The notes beneath the pieces were generated by a model. That model did no database searches, was not told where the DNA came from, and saw nothing but the letters and a program-made list of their open reading frames with translations. A stretch of DNA of 64,000 bases from an uncultured Eubacteriales bacterium (GTDB lineage: Bacteria; Bacillota; Clostridia; Lachnospirales; Lachnospiraceae): positions 41,485 to 105,484 of the forward strand of contig UQCD01000003.1 in the NCBI GenBank assembly GCA_900539455.1. Direction: 5' to 3'. This document shows positions 42,290-52,274 of this stretch, piece after piece. Position 1 is the stretch's first letter. Each line of letters starts with the position of its first letter. The position numbers were made by a program, and so were the translations under genes.

Positions 42290-43210
42290 TTACTGTACCT
42301 TTTCTTCAACCGTTTCAAGCACCCTGCTAGTTCCGTCATTAAAATTCACTATTAATTTTGAAACCTTATACTTATTATTGTTTTTTGTAACATAGGAAAT
42401 ATCTGTGTGGGTGGATACAATATACTTTGAAGTAGATCCTTTAAGCTTTACAGTTTTTCCTGACAGAAGCTCAATACTATAATAACCTAACTCCTGATAG
42501 GCTGTTGTAGCATTACCTGAGCTGGTAACTATCTGTCTTTTGGCAGTAGTCTGATTTGTGTTTTTGGTAGTAGTCTGATTTGTGTTTTTGGTAGTTGGCT
42601 GATTTGTGTTTTTGGTAGTTGGCTGTGGCTTATTATCTGACTGATTACCACTATTTGGCTTACTTGTAGTATCTTGGCTGCCATTTCCATTTGGTGTATT
42701 GGTGTTGCTTTGGCTATCATTTCTGTCTGGTGTGTTGGTGTTGTTTTGACTACCATTTCCATTTGGTACATTTTCATTACCATTAGCTGTAGTTTCCTGA
42801 CTATTGTCCTTTGGTGTGCCATTATTTTCACCACTATTTTCCTTTGTAATAATAGTAACAACTATGTCCTTTGTATATTCCTTACCCTCATACTTAATGG
42901 TATATGTAGCCTTGTAGTCACCCGGTGTAAATATATCCACTAATGATGAGTCTACCCATGTTTCCATATCCTTGTTTTCGTCAATATTGCCAACCTCTAT
43001 GCCTGATAAAAAATCAATTTCTTCTCCTACATAGGATTTAATATTGGATAAGACAATCTCCGGCTCTGTGCCGTCAAAATTGATTTTTCCGTCAACTGTG
43101 CCTATTTCATTACCATATTGAGTATCTTCTTTGCCACATCCTGCAAGAACAAGTGCGGCAACAGACAAAACAGCAAAACTTTTCTTTATTAGCCTTTTCA
43201 TAATTAACAA
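42290..43210 (-). CDS. Surface lipoprotein with an Ig-like (DUF5011-like) N-terminal domain and an internal N/T/S/Q-rich tandem-repeat linker
   Basis: Signal peptide with lipobox LAGC|G. Four 8-aa repeats (PTTKNTNQ) are encoded by near-perfect 24-bp DNA repeats (42538-42622). Additional N/T/Q-rich repeats (NTNTPNGNGSQ) occupy 42650-42800. Confidence 0.7.
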   Translation of the reverse strand: MLIMKRLIKKSFAVLSVAALVLAGCGKEDTQYGNEIGTVDGKINFDGTEPEIVLSNIKSYVGEEIDFLSGIEVGNIDENKDMETWVDSSLVDIFTPGDYKATYTIKYEGKEYTKDIVVTIITKENSGENNGTPKDNSQETTANGNENVPNGNGSQNNTNTPDRNDSQSNTNTPNGNGSQDTTSKPNSGNQSDNKPQPTTKNTNQPTTKNTNQTTTKNTNQTTAKRQIVTSSGNATTAYQELGYYSIELLSGKTVKLKGSTSKYIVSTHTDISYVTKNNNKYKVSKLIVNFNDGTSRVLETVEEKVQ

Positions 43211-43755
43211 ATAAATTGAACCTTTCTTTTCATTTCCTCAGCAGCTTCTTTACTGGTAAATATTTCAAGCAATCTAAAGCCTAGCTCTAAGGAGGTACCT
43301 AGTCCTCTGCTGGTAGTAACATTTCCGTCAGTAACCACTCTGTCACTTACATATATTGCACCCTCTAATTTTTCCTCAAAGCCGGGATAACAGGTTGCCT
43401 TTTTTCCCTTTAAAATTCCAAGTTCGCCGTAAATGCTAGGTGCAGCACATACAGCAGCTAAAAGCTTATCTTTATTATTAAAATCAATAATATTATCACA
43501 AAGCAGCTTATTTGCTTTAAGATTTGGAGTTCCCGGTATTCCTCCCGGCAAAAATATCATATCAGCTTCATCAAAATTTACTTCTTCAATAAGTTTGTCA
43601 GTTACAATATGAATATTATGAGAACTGATTATTTCCTTTCTACCCATAACAGAAACCAGCTCTACATCAATTTTTCCTCTTTTTAAAATATCAACAACTG
43701 ATAATGCTTCTACCTCCTCACTACCATCTGCTAAAAAGCAATATACTTTGCTCAT
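43204..43755 (-). CDS. DJ-1/PfpI family protein
   Basis: Conserved nucleophile elbow AAVCAAP and the GGxxG region; 183 aa. Confidence 0.8.
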   Translation of the reverse strand: MSKVYCFLADGSEEVEALSVVDILKRGKIDVELVSVMGRKEIISSHNIHIVTDKLIEEVNFDEADMIFLPGGIPGTPNLKANKLLCDNIIDFNNKDKLLAAVCAAPSIYGELGILKGKKATCYPGFEEKLEGAIYVSDRVVTDGNVTTSRGLGTSLELGFRLLEIFTSKEAAEEMKRKVQFIC

Positions 43756-43780
43756 TTTATTTCCTCCTAATATATAAATT

Positions 43781-44197
43781 TTATAGTTCTTTTGTCATCC
43801 ATATATGTGGATACCCTTCTTCATCATCTATTTCTCCAACTCTTATATATCCTTGTTTTTCATAAAAGCCTGCTGCTCTTACCTGTGCGTGGAGGCTTAC
43901 TAAACCTCCACCTATTTTTCTTATGTATTCTTCCCCTTCTCTTAAAACCTCTGCTCCTAAGCCTTTTCCTCTATACTCCTTAATTACAGCTATTCGCCCT
44001 ACAGCATAGGTTTTTCGTTGTTCATTAAACAACACCCTACAGGTGGCTACAGGTAATCCATTAATATATCCAACAATATGTGTGGAGGTTAAATCCAAGT
44101 CATCAAACTCATACTTAAATCCCTGCTCCACTACAAAAACTTCTTCTCTAATACTTTTCGCAGCCTCTGGTAATGAATGGTATACTTTAAATTCCAT
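43781..44197 (-). CDS. GNAT family N-acetyltransferase
   Basis: Acetyl-CoA-binding motif A: RGKGLGAEVL...; 138 aa. Confidence 0.8.
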   Translation of the reverse strand: MEFKVYHSLPEAAKSIREEVFVVEQGFKYEFDDLDLTSTHIVGYINGLPVATCRVLFNEQRKTYAVGRIAVIKEYRGKGLGAEVLREGEEYIRKIGGGLVSLHAQVRAAGFYEKQGYIRVGEIDDEEGYPHIWMTKEL

Positions 44198-44391
44198 AAA
44201 ACTCTCCAGTTTATATAATACAATTTAATTATAATCATCTACACATATAGCTTATACCTTTTGCCTTATTTCTAAAATCCCATAGTATCTAGGATTAAAT
44301 AAAAATAATTTACAGTATAAGCCCATTTTTGCATATGTTTTAATTGTACCATATTTATATGCTTTTTCAACTTTTTATGTTTAAAAAGTCC

Positions 44392-44425
44392 TTGACGATA
44401 AATAAAATAAATGATAAACTATACA
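44392..44425 (+). promoter_or_regulatory. Putative sigma-A promoter for tRNA-Leu
   Basis: TTGACG(44392-97), a 17-nt spacer, then TAAACT, lying ~14 nt upstream of the first tRNA nucleotide. Confidence 0.3.
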
Positions 44426-44439
44426 CCGTTCAGATGAAC

Positions 44440-44519
44440 GCGGGTGTGGCGGAACTGGCAGACGCGCTAGACTTAGGATCTAGTGGGAGACCGTGCAGGT
44501 TCGATTCCTGTCACCCGCA
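44440..44519 (+). tRNA. tRNA-Leu (anticodon UAG), class II with a long variable arm; CCA not encoded
   Basis: Acceptor stem GCGGGTG/CACCCGC; anticodon stem CTAGA/TCTAG with loop CTTAGGA (anticodon TAG); an 11-nt variable arm; T-loop TTCGATT. Confidence 0.85.
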
Positions 44520-44523
44520 TATA

Positions 44524-44557
44524 AAAAGATGTCATTTATATGACATCTTTTTTTGTT
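44524..44557 (+). terminator. Rho-independent terminator of tRNA-Leu
   Basis: AGATGTCAT...ATGACATCT forms a perfect hairpin followed by TTTTTTTGTTTT. Confidence 0.8.
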
Positions 44558-44662
44558 TTAGCATGCAAATTATTACATAGAATAGGATATTTATTATGAG
44601 CTTAGTAAATGGTATTCATCATGTTTCCTAAAAATGCAGCAGCGACGCTGAATATAAAATTC

Positions 44663-45589
44663 CTAATTCAAGAAATTTTCTATAATAACACCTTCTGCTT
44701 CCTCCTCTGTAAGTCCCAGAGTACGAAGCTTTAAAAGCTGTTCATCATTTATTCTGCCGATGGCTGCCTCATGTATAATAGCTGCATCAATATTTCTTGC
44801 TCTGATTTCTGGAATAGAGCCTACCTCTGCCTCATCCATAATAATAGAATCACATTGAATATGTGCCTGACATTTATTATTTCCAACTGCATTTGGGTGG
44901 AAGGTCTGTACTGAATGCCCTTTGCCTACTGACCTAGAAACAATCTGTGCAGAGCTGTTTTCTCCATTAAGCCTTACCTCAATGTTTGACTCTGCCTTAT
45001 CCTCTCCTTCTGTCATAAGACGCTCTGTCACATACAGCTTTGCATTTTTTTCAAGTTCCACAACCGTTTCTCTTATGGTAGAATTTACACCCTTTATCTG
45101 AGCTGTATCTAATGTAAATACTGAATTTTCACCTACAAAAATATTTGTAACCGGATTTAAAACTCTTCCACCTGTGCCTTCTCCTTCACCATAATGCTTC
45201 TCCTCATAACGGACATTTGCATTTTTACCAACATGGAAGGTGTGGACTCCGTCATGTCTGCTTTCATTACAGCCACTATTATGAATACCACAGCCAGCTA
45301 TTATTTTAACATCTGCACCGTCCTCAATATAAAAATCATTGTATACCAAATCCTTCATACCTGAAACACTAACTACAACAGGTATATAAACAGCCTCTCC
45401 CTTTGTATTTCCGTCTATGTAAATATCTATGCCCGGATTATCTGTCTTTTTCTTAATTTTAACATGCTCGCTATCTCCGTGACAAATTGATGTACCATTT
45501 TCACGAAGATTAAAAGCACCCTTCATACTAAAATTATGGTTATTAATAATATTTAATACTTCTTCTGTAACATTATCAAGCTTTACCAT
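44663..45589 (-). CDS. SufB/SufD-family Fe-S cluster assembly scaffold protein
   Basis: A C-terminal SufBD beta-helix region. The start is taken as MVKLDNV, where the ATG overlaps the sufC stop in TAATG (translational coupling). Confidence 0.7.
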   Translation of the reverse strand: MVKLDNVTEEVLNIINNHNFSMKGAFNLRENGTSICHGDSEHVKIKKKTDNPGIDIYIDGNTKGEAVYIPVVVSVSGMKDLVYNDFYIEDGADVKIIAGCGIHNSGCNESRHDGVHTFHVGKNANVRYEEKHYGEGEGTGGRVLNPVTNIFVGENSVFTLDTAQIKGVNSTIRETVVELEKNAKLYVTERLMTEGEDKAESNIEVRLNGENSSAQIVSRSVGKGHSVQTFHPNAVGNNKCQAHIQCDSIIMDEAEVGSIPEIRARNIDAAIIHEAAIGRINDEQLLKLRTLGLTEEEAEGVIIENFLN

Positions 45590-46332
45590 TATTCCCTTAC
45601 CTCCAATCTTTCTACACATTTGTGACATTTTTGGATTCCCATAAGATAAGGCAGCACCTGCTCCTTGTGGCCAATTTTCTTTATTTGTCCTTCATCAATA
45701 ATCATAATTCTATCTGCCATATTAATAATTTTTTCCTGATGAGAGATTACAATAAGGCTCTGCTTTTTCTCCTTGTGAATTTCTTCAAATTTTTGAATAA
45801 GCATAGAAAAGCTCCACAAATCAATACCTGCCTCTGGCTCATCAAAAATACAAAGTGAATGTTCCTTTGCAAGCACTGACGCTATCTCAATTCTTTTCAT
45901 TTCTCCACCTGAAAGAGTTCCATCTATCTGCCTATTAATATAATCTTTTGCACATAAGCCTACTGCTGTAAGTAAATCACAGGCTTCTTTATCTGTGAGC
46001 TGTTCCCTTGCTGCCAATTTAAGTAATCTTAAAACTGTCATTCCTTTAAATCTTGGAGGCTGCTGGAAGGCATAGCCTATACCTGCATTTGCTCTATGAT
46101 TTATATCAAAGGCTGTTATATCTTGTCCATCCAATATAATCTTTCCATTATCCGGAATCATAATTCCCATTAAGGTCTTTGCGAGAGTTGATTTTCCTCC
46201 TCCGTTTGGACCTGTAATAACCAACATTTCTCCGTCAGCTACCTGAAATGATATATTATTAAGAAGGCATTTTCTACCTCCATCATCATTTACATAAAGT
46301 GTTAAGTTCTCTGCTTTAAGCAATTCCTTCAC
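45589..46332 (-). CDS. sufC: Fe-S cluster assembly ATPase SufC
   Basis: Walker A GPNGGGKST, signature LSGGEMKR, Walker B CIFDE and an H-loop; 247 aa, soluble. It lies directly upstream of the SufBD-family gene. Confidence 0.8.
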   Translation of the reverse strand: MKELLKAENLTLYVNDDGGRKCLLNNISFQVADGEMLVITGPNGGGKSTLAKTLMGIMIPDNGKIILDGQDITAFDINHRANAGIGYAFQQPPRFKGMTVLRLLKLAAREQLTDKEACDLLTAVGLCAKDYINRQIDGTLSGGEMKRIEIASVLAKEHSLCIFDEPEAGIDLWSFSMLIQKFEEIHKEKKQSLIVISHQEKIINMADRIMIIDEGQIKKIGHKEQVLPYLMGIQKCHKCVERLEVRE

Positions 46333-46531
46333 CTCGTTTTTTGTTCATATGTTTACTGTAAGTTTTTTACCATTGCCAATTATACCATAGGTTTTTATTT
46401 TTAAATAGTCAAAAAGTCCTGATACATTAAATCCAGCCTTTATTGATTGGTAAATTTAATATATCAGAACCTTTGATAGAAGTATTTTTTATATGTATTT
46501 AGTGTATGTCGCAGGTTATTTTGTTATTTTA

Positions 46532-47683
46532 CTACCACAGCTTTGCATATATATCAAGTATTGCCTTTTTGTCTACTTCCTTGATTGTATTAGCTGGGCT
46601 TCCACTTGCCAAAGCATCCTCTGCCATTTTGTTCATTGCGTCAAAGAATTTCTGTTTATCAATTCCATACTCTGCTAATGTAGGTATCTGACACTTTCTG
46701 CAAATCTCCTCTAAGGCATATATAAATGACTGTGCCGCCTGATTATCTGTGGTCTCATTGGTAGCACTATCTATTGCTCTGGCTATCGCAGCAAATCTGT
46801 CATAGCAGCCATCAAGAGCATAGGATAAACATTCCTTAATAAGCATTGCATTTGAAATGCCATGAGGCACATGGAACATTGCACCAATAGGTCTGCTCAT
46901 ACCGTGGACTAAGGTAACTGATGAATTATTTATGCACACACCAGCCTCGTAAGCAGCTATAGACATTTCCTCTCTTGCCTTCATATTATTGCCATCATTG
47001 TATGCAATAGGAAGATATTTGAATATTCTTTTAATTGCTGATAACGCATAAGTATCAGTAAGTGTATTTGCTTTTCTTGAGGTAAAAGCCTCTACTGCAT
47101 GGGTAAGCGCATCCATTCCGGTTGCTGCTGTTACTGAAGGTGGCGCAGTCTTAGAAAAAGCCGGGTCTACAATAGCGACATCTGGTAATAAATCATCGCC
47201 CTTTAAAAGATACTTTGTGTCTGTGCTGCTGTCAGTTACGCATAGAAATTTTGTAGCCTCTGAGCCTGTACCTGCTGTTGTTGGAATTAATACTAATGGA
47301 GGAAAATTACCAGCTATTTCCCTGCCTGCATATTCTACAATATTGCCATTTAAGGCAGCCATTGCCTGAATTGCCTTAGCACTGTCCAAGGGACTTCCAC
47401 CACCTATACCAATACAAAAATCGCAATTATTTTCCTTATAAAGTCTTACACCTTCATTAATCATTGTATCTGTAGGCTCTCCTAATATTTCATTATATAG
47501 ATAATATTCTATTGAAGCCTCATTTAAAATATCTGTAAGCTGTTTTACAATACCAGCCTTTGTAACATGCTTTCCACTTACTATAAAGGCTTTCTTACCC
47601 TGCTTACAAATAAGCTCCTTACTTGCATTGAAAGCTCCCTCGCCCATCATTGTTCTTTTTGGTGATGTAAACAAATTTGCCAT
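46532..47683 (-). CDS. Iron-containing (group III) alcohol dehydrogenase
   Basis: GGGSPLD NAD-binding motif and the Fe-binding His cluster (HGMSRP...HVPHG); 383 aa. Confidence 0.85.
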   Translation of the reverse strand: MANLFTSPKRTMMGEGAFNASKELICKQGKKAFIVSGKHVTKAGIVKQLTDILNEASIEYYLYNEILGEPTDTMINEGVRLYKENNCDFCIGIGGGSPLDSAKAIQAMAALNGNIVEYAGREIAGNFPPLVLIPTTAGTGSEATKFLCVTDSSTDTKYLLKGDDLLPDVAIVDPAFSKTAPPSVTAATGMDALTHAVEAFTSRKANTLTDTYALSAIKRIFKYLPIAYNDGNNMKAREEMSIAAYEAGVCINNSSVTLVHGMSRPIGAMFHVPHGISNAMLIKECLSYALDGCYDRFAAIARAIDSATNETTDNQAAQSFIYALEEICRKCQIPTLAEYGIDKQKFFDAMNKMAEDALASGSPANTIKEVDKKAILDIYAKLW

Positions 47684-47768
47684 AACTTTTTCCTCCTATA
47701 TTCCTTCCTGTTTTTCCCTCAAACCTTATCTAATCTTTAGAATTTTTTGTCTGAGTTCCATCTGTTTT

Positions 47769-48224
47769 TTAATTTCTTCCTTTTCCTGTAATACTAACAG
47801 GTGTAATTTTATATACACCAACCTTCTCAGTATTTGAGGCATATTTTTTTCCACTTTCTAAAAAGTCCTTAGAATACTTATTTATAAGGTGCATAAGAAT
47901 TGGGAATTTGTCCTCCTTTATCTCACTTACAGTTCCGAAAACTATTACACTTTCATAATCCATAGAAAAGCTTTGTGAAAGCACCTCTGACTTTCCTACA
48001 ACTGTAAAGGATACCTTGTCACAGTATTTCATATTTTCGTACTTGTGACCTACCTCCTTTGCACAATGAAAATAAATGCAACCATCCTCATAAGCATAAT
48101 TAAGGGGCACACCATAAGGATAACCGTCCTTACCTATGGTAGAAAGTACACCATAGGTACCTTCCTTTAAAACCTTATCAATTCTCATCTGTGAAATAAT
48201 TCTGTCTTTTCTTCTAATCTCCAT
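47769..48224 (-). CDS. Pyridoxamine 5'-phosphate oxidase-like FMN-binding protein
   Basis: GVLSTIGKDGYPYGVPLNY is the split-barrel FMN-binding fold signature. The start is assigned to MEIRRKD (AAAGGAG RBS); the track ORF adds 18 codons without an RBS. Confidence 0.7.
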   Translation of the reverse strand: MEIRRKDRIISQMRIDKVLKEGTYGVLSTIGKDGYPYGVPLNYAYEDGCIYFHCAKEVGHKYENMKYCDKVSFTVVGKSEVLSQSFSMDYESVIVFGTVSEIKEDKFPILMHLINKYSKDFLESGKKYASNTEKVGVYKITPVSITGKGRN

Positions 48225-48316
48225 AGCTACTCCTTTCCTATTTTTATAGCTTTTGCCAATACACTTACTTATAAGCAAGGCTGCTTTATAAGTATAGTCT
48301 AGTCAAATCTATTTAA

Positions 48317-49582
48317 CTAGAATTCCTTATCAGCCTTCAAAACCGCATTCAACATTACCGTTGCCGCACTTGTACAATGCTCTGGTTTTGCATATTCCTC
48401 CTCACAATGAGAAAGTCCTGCCTTTGTCTGAACAAATATCATTGTGGTTGGAAGCATATAGGCCACAAACTGTGCATCGTGGCCAGCTCCAGAATGGATA
48501 TATTCGTAAGATACACCTGTTTCCCTTGCTGCTTCCTCTACATATGAAACCAGCTTTTTATCCCAATAAACAGTATCTCTGTTCCACTGCAGCTTTGTCT
48601 TACAGGTGCAGCCTGCCCATTCCTTTTCCTCTAAGTCTTTAATAATCTTTTCAACCTCTTTTAGCTTTGATTCATCTACATATCTTGCATCAATAGAAAA
48701 ATCTACATAATCAGGCACGCAGGTATGAACATTTGGATGGCATACAATTTCGCCAGTTGTATATACAAGACCTTCTATTCCCAGCTTGTCAATTTCCTCA
48801 TGTAAATAGCAAATAGCCTTTGAGGCTGCAAACAGTGCATCCTTTCTTTTTGCCATAGGAAATGTTCCTGCGTGGGTAGTCTGTCCATAAAAGCTTATTC
48901 TGTAATTAAACATACCTAAAACACAATCAACAACTCCTATATCCTTTCCGTCCTCCTCAAGAATTGGTCCCTGCTCAATATGAGTTTCAAACATACAGCA
49001 GGCATTTTGCCTTGTAACTCTGTTTTCAATTTTACCTTTAAATCCAGATTTTTCAAGAGCCTCGCCGAATGTAGTTTTATTATCTAACACGCTTTTAGAA
49101 TTAAGCATATCCTCCTTTTTAAAGTTTACTCGTATATCCTCTGGAAGATAATCGTAGCACAAAACTCCTGAACTCATCATAGCAGGTGCATATAAAGAGC
49201 CTTCCTCATTAGTCCATATCATTGCCGTAAGAGAGTGCTTATGTTCTATTCCTTCCTTTTCAATAGTTTCAAGCACCTCCATTGCCGATATAACACCTAA
49301 AATTCCGTCATAATTGCCACCGTTTTTTACTGAATCAGCATGAGAGCCCATCATAATACTTTTTGCGTTTTCATCAGTTCCCGGAAGAGTTGCATATACA
49401 TTTGCCATATCATCTATGCTTATAACAGCTCCTATAGCTGTCATTCTCTTTATAAATTCATTTCTCGCCATAATAGCCTCTTTAGAAAGAGAATATCTTG
49501 TAATACCACCATTACCTGTTGCCCCAAATCTTGAAAAGGTTTCTATTTTATCCTTCATTCTTTCTAAACTGCATGAATACAT
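48317..49582 (-). CDS. M20-family Zn-dependent amidohydrolase (allantoate amidohydrolase / N-carbamoyl-L-amino-acid hydrolase type)
   Basis: GSHADSV metal-ligand motif, NEEGS and the later His/Glu ligands; 421 aa. An AAGGAG RBS lies 8 nt upstream. Confidence 0.8.
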   Translation of the reverse strand: MYSCSLERMKDKIETFSRFGATGNGGITRYSLSKEAIMARNEFIKRMTAIGAVISIDDMANVYATLPGTDENAKSIMMGSHADSVKNGGNYDGILGVISAMEVLETIEKEGIEHKHSLTAMIWTNEEGSLYAPAMMSSGVLCYDYLPEDIRVNFKKEDMLNSKSVLDNKTTFGEALEKSGFKGKIENRVTRQNACCMFETHIEQGPILEEDGKDIGVVDCVLGMFNYRISFYGQTTHAGTFPMAKRKDALFAASKAICYLHEEIDKLGIEGLVYTTGEIVCHPNVHTCVPDYVDFSIDARYVDESKLKEVEKIIKDLEEKEWAGCTCKTKLQWNRDTVYWDKKLVSYVEEAARETGVSYEYIHSGAGHDAQFVAYMLPTTMIFVQTKAGLSHCEEEYAKPEHCTSAATVMLNAVLKADKEF

Positions 49583-49594
49583 ACGCTCATCTCC

Positions 49595-51229
49595 TTAGTC
49601 TTTATATACTAATTTTCCGTCAATATATGTTTCTTCTACCTGTATATCCTTTAAATGGTCTACCGGACTTTTTAAAATATCTTCCTTCAAAATAATAAAG
49701 TCGGCTAATTTCCCAACCTCCAGACTTCCTTTTATTTTTTCATCGAAGCTGGCATAAGCACCATTAATAGTAAACATTCTTATTGCATCCATTAAAGGTA
49801 TTCTTTGTGAAATACCACATTCCACACCATTTACAATATCCTTTCTAGCCACAGCACCCCATATACCAAGCATTGGATTTACCTCCATACAAGGTGTATC
49901 TGCACCTGCTGCCGCTATAATTCCATTATCCACATACCATTTATGGGAAAACATTCTTTCCACCCTATCTCCATAGTAGACATTGTAATCCTTTGCGTTA
50001 AAGGCTACTAAGCCCGGATTACTAATAGGGATAATTCCCAGCTTTTTTATTCTCTTTAATAACTCCTCATTAATTAATGCACAATGCTCAATTCTAGGTC
50101 TTGCATCCTCTCTTGGATATTTAGTAAGCACCTTTTCTATTGTATTTACCATTTTTTCTACTGCATTGTCACCTATACAATGGGCTGTTATCTGAAAGCC
50201 TGCAAGATGTGCATCTGTAAAGATTTTAACCATTTCCTCCTCTGTCCAGTTAATTATCTGTGGAAGATTTGGATTATGGCTATAAGGCTCTTTTGTGGAG
50301 CAGGAAGGTGCGCTGCTGCTGCCATCAATTAAAAGCTTGGCAGGTCCCAGCTTATAATGCTCATTACCAATGCCTGTATGTAGTCCGGTTTTAATATGCT
50401 CATAAATAAAATCTCTAATAGAATATTTACCTAACATTCTATATATCATTTCATATACTCTTATTTTTACATCTCCCTTTAAGCAGGCTGTCTGCAATAC
50501 CTTTACAAACTGTCCACCATAGGCACCTGCATCGTGTACGCTGGTTATTCCGTATTTAACAAACATATCATTACAAAGCTTATATGCCTCTAATAGCTTT
50601 TCGTCATTATAGGTAATGACAGAATTCATATACCCAAAGCCTTCCTCCTTAACTAAGCCTGTAAGCTCGCCGTTCTCGTCTAAATCAAGCTCTCCCGGCT
50701 GGAAATTCTTTGCACTTTCCTTTGTCCAGCCAACCATTTCTAATGCCTTGCTATTACATACACCTGTATGTAAATCAGCACGCACACACCAAACCGGATT
50801 ATCTGGCGCTACCTCATCTAAATCTTTATAATTTGGGTGGCGAAGCTCCTTTAGCTTATTCTGGTCATAGCCTTGAAGAATAATCCATTCTTCTTTTTTT
50901 CTGACCTTAACCTCTCTTTTTATAATTTCCTTAATGTCCTCTATAGACTTACATATTTTGTAATCAATAGGAATAACTATATTGTTAAGCAAAATGGCAT
51001 TTAGCATAAAATGGGAATGTGCTTCAACAAAGCCGGGCATTAAGGTTTTTCCAGAAAGATTAGTTACTATGGTTTTTTCGCCAATGTAAGGAGTTATTCC
51101 TTCATCATTTCCTACATAAATAATCTTATTATCCTTAACAGCCATAGCTGTAACTATTTCATTTTCCTTATTTACAGTAATTACACTGCCATTAATAAAT
51201 GCAAAATCAGCAAATAAATCTATCTTCAT
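49595..51229 (-). CDS. Amidohydrolase-family (Amidohydro_3 / YtcJ-like) metal-dependent hydrolase
   Basis: The N-terminal metal-binding HxH (VEAHSHF), later His residues and a terminal Asp (AAAGADTP); 544 aa. Confidence 0.75.
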   Translation of the reverse strand: MKIDLFADFAFINGSVITVNKENEIVTAMAVKDNKIIYVGNDEGITPYIGEKTIVTNLSGKTLMPGFVEAHSHFMLNAILLNNIVIPIDYKICKSIEDIKEIIKREVKVRKKEEWIILQGYDQNKLKELRHPNYKDLDEVAPDNPVWCVRADLHTGVCNSKALEMVGWTKESAKNFQPGELDLDENGELTGLVKEEGFGYMNSVITYNDEKLLEAYKLCNDMFVKYGITSVHDAGAYGGQFVKVLQTACLKGDVKIRVYEMIYRMLGKYSIRDFIYEHIKTGLHTGIGNEHYKLGPAKLLIDGSSSAPSCSTKEPYSHNPNLPQIINWTEEEMVKIFTDAHLAGFQITAHCIGDNAVEKMVNTIEKVLTKYPREDARPRIEHCALINEELLKRIKKLGIIPISNPGLVAFNAKDYNVYYGDRVERMFSHKWYVDNGIIAAAGADTPCMEVNPMLGIWGAVARKDIVNGVECGISQRIPLMDAIRMFTINGAYASFDEKIKGSLEVGKLADFIILKEDILKSPVDHLKDIQVEETYIDGKLVYKD

Positions 51230-51243
51230 ATTTTCTGCCTCCT

Positions 51244-52257
51244 TTAATACTCATATAACAGACAGGAAACTGTATGATTTTCATTAATATCTGTATATGT
51301 AGGTGTTGCATATTTACAGTCATCTCTTGCCATAGGACATCTTGTATGGAAAGGACAGCCACCAGGTGGGTCAATAGGAGAAGGAATATCTCCCTTTAAC
51401 TCAATTCTCTTTTTCTTTACGGTAGGGTCTGCCTCTGGAACTGCTGATAACAATGCCTGTGTATATGGATGCTTAGGATTGCTAAACAATTCCTCTGTAG
51501 GTGCTACCTCAACAATATGTCCTAAATACATTACTGCAATTCTATCTGATACATATCTTACAACGCTCATATTATGTGATATGAAAAGGTAAGATACATT
51601 CATTTCCTTTTTTATGTCAGCTAAAAGATTTAATATCTGTGCCTGAATAGAAACATCAAGTGCTGATACCGGCTCATCACAGACAATAATACTTGGATTT
51701 AAAATAAGTGCCTTAGCTAAACCAATTCTTTGTCTCTGTCCGCCTGAAAATTCATGTGGATACCTGTAATACTGGTCTTTTCTAAGTCCTACCTTTTCCA
51801 TCATATCAAGTACCATTTTTACTCTTTTAGCCTTATCTTTTTCAATTTTATGTATAATAAGTGGCTCTTCAATTAATTCACCAACTGTCATCTTTGGATT
51901 AAGTGAGGTGTATGGGTCCTGAAAAACCATCTGTAAATTCTGTCTTTCCTTATTAAGCTCCTTATTGGAAAGCTTAAAGAAATCCTTTCCCTTATAATAA
52001 ATTTCCCCACTTGTAGGAGAAATAAGTCTAAGTACTGTTCTGCCTGTGGTGCTTTTGCCACAGCCCGACTCTCCTACCAGACTAAAGGTTTCATTTTCCT
52101 TAATGTAAAAAGAAACATCATTAACTGCTTTTACAGTTTTTGCAGCAACTCTCATTTTGGAATCAACTACAAACTGCTTATTTAAATGCTTAACCTCTAA
52201 AATAACCTTATCCTCTGTATATCTTTCCATAGGTGTTTTATTATCGGCTTTACTCAT
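51244..52257 (-). CDS. Oligopeptide/dipeptide ABC transporter ATP-binding protein (OppF/DppF-like)
   Basis: Walker A GESGCGKST, signature FSGGQRQR, and a C-terminal oligopeptide-ABC extension with Cys residues. Confidence 0.85.
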   Translation of the reverse strand: MSKADNKTPMERYTEDKVILEVKHLNKQFVVDSKMRVAAKTVKAVNDVSFYIKENETFSLVGESGCGKSTTGRTVLRLISPTSGEIYYKGKDFFKLSNKELNKERQNLQMVFQDPYTSLNPKMTVGELIEEPLIIHKIEKDKAKRVKMVLDMMEKVGLRKDQYYRYPHEFSGGQRQRIGLAKALILNPSIIVCDEPVSALDVSIQAQILNLLADIKKEMNVSYLFISHNMSVVRYVSDRIAVMYLGHIVEVAPTEELFSNPKHPYTQALLSAVPEADPTVKKKRIELKGDIPSPIDPPGGCPFHTRCPMARDDCKYATPTYTDINENHTVSCLLYEY

Positions 52258-52274
52258 ATCTTTCCACCACCAAT

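Noticed and set aside
42529-42861. 110-aa minus-strand ORF overlapping the lipoprotein gene
   Set aside because: It is an alternative frame through the 24-bp tandem repeats. The repeats keep several frames open, whereas the lipoprotein frame has a signal peptide and a coherent domain.
44344-44580. 78-aa plus-strand ORF
   Set aside because: It spans the tRNA-Leu gene and its terminator, so the ORF is an artefact.
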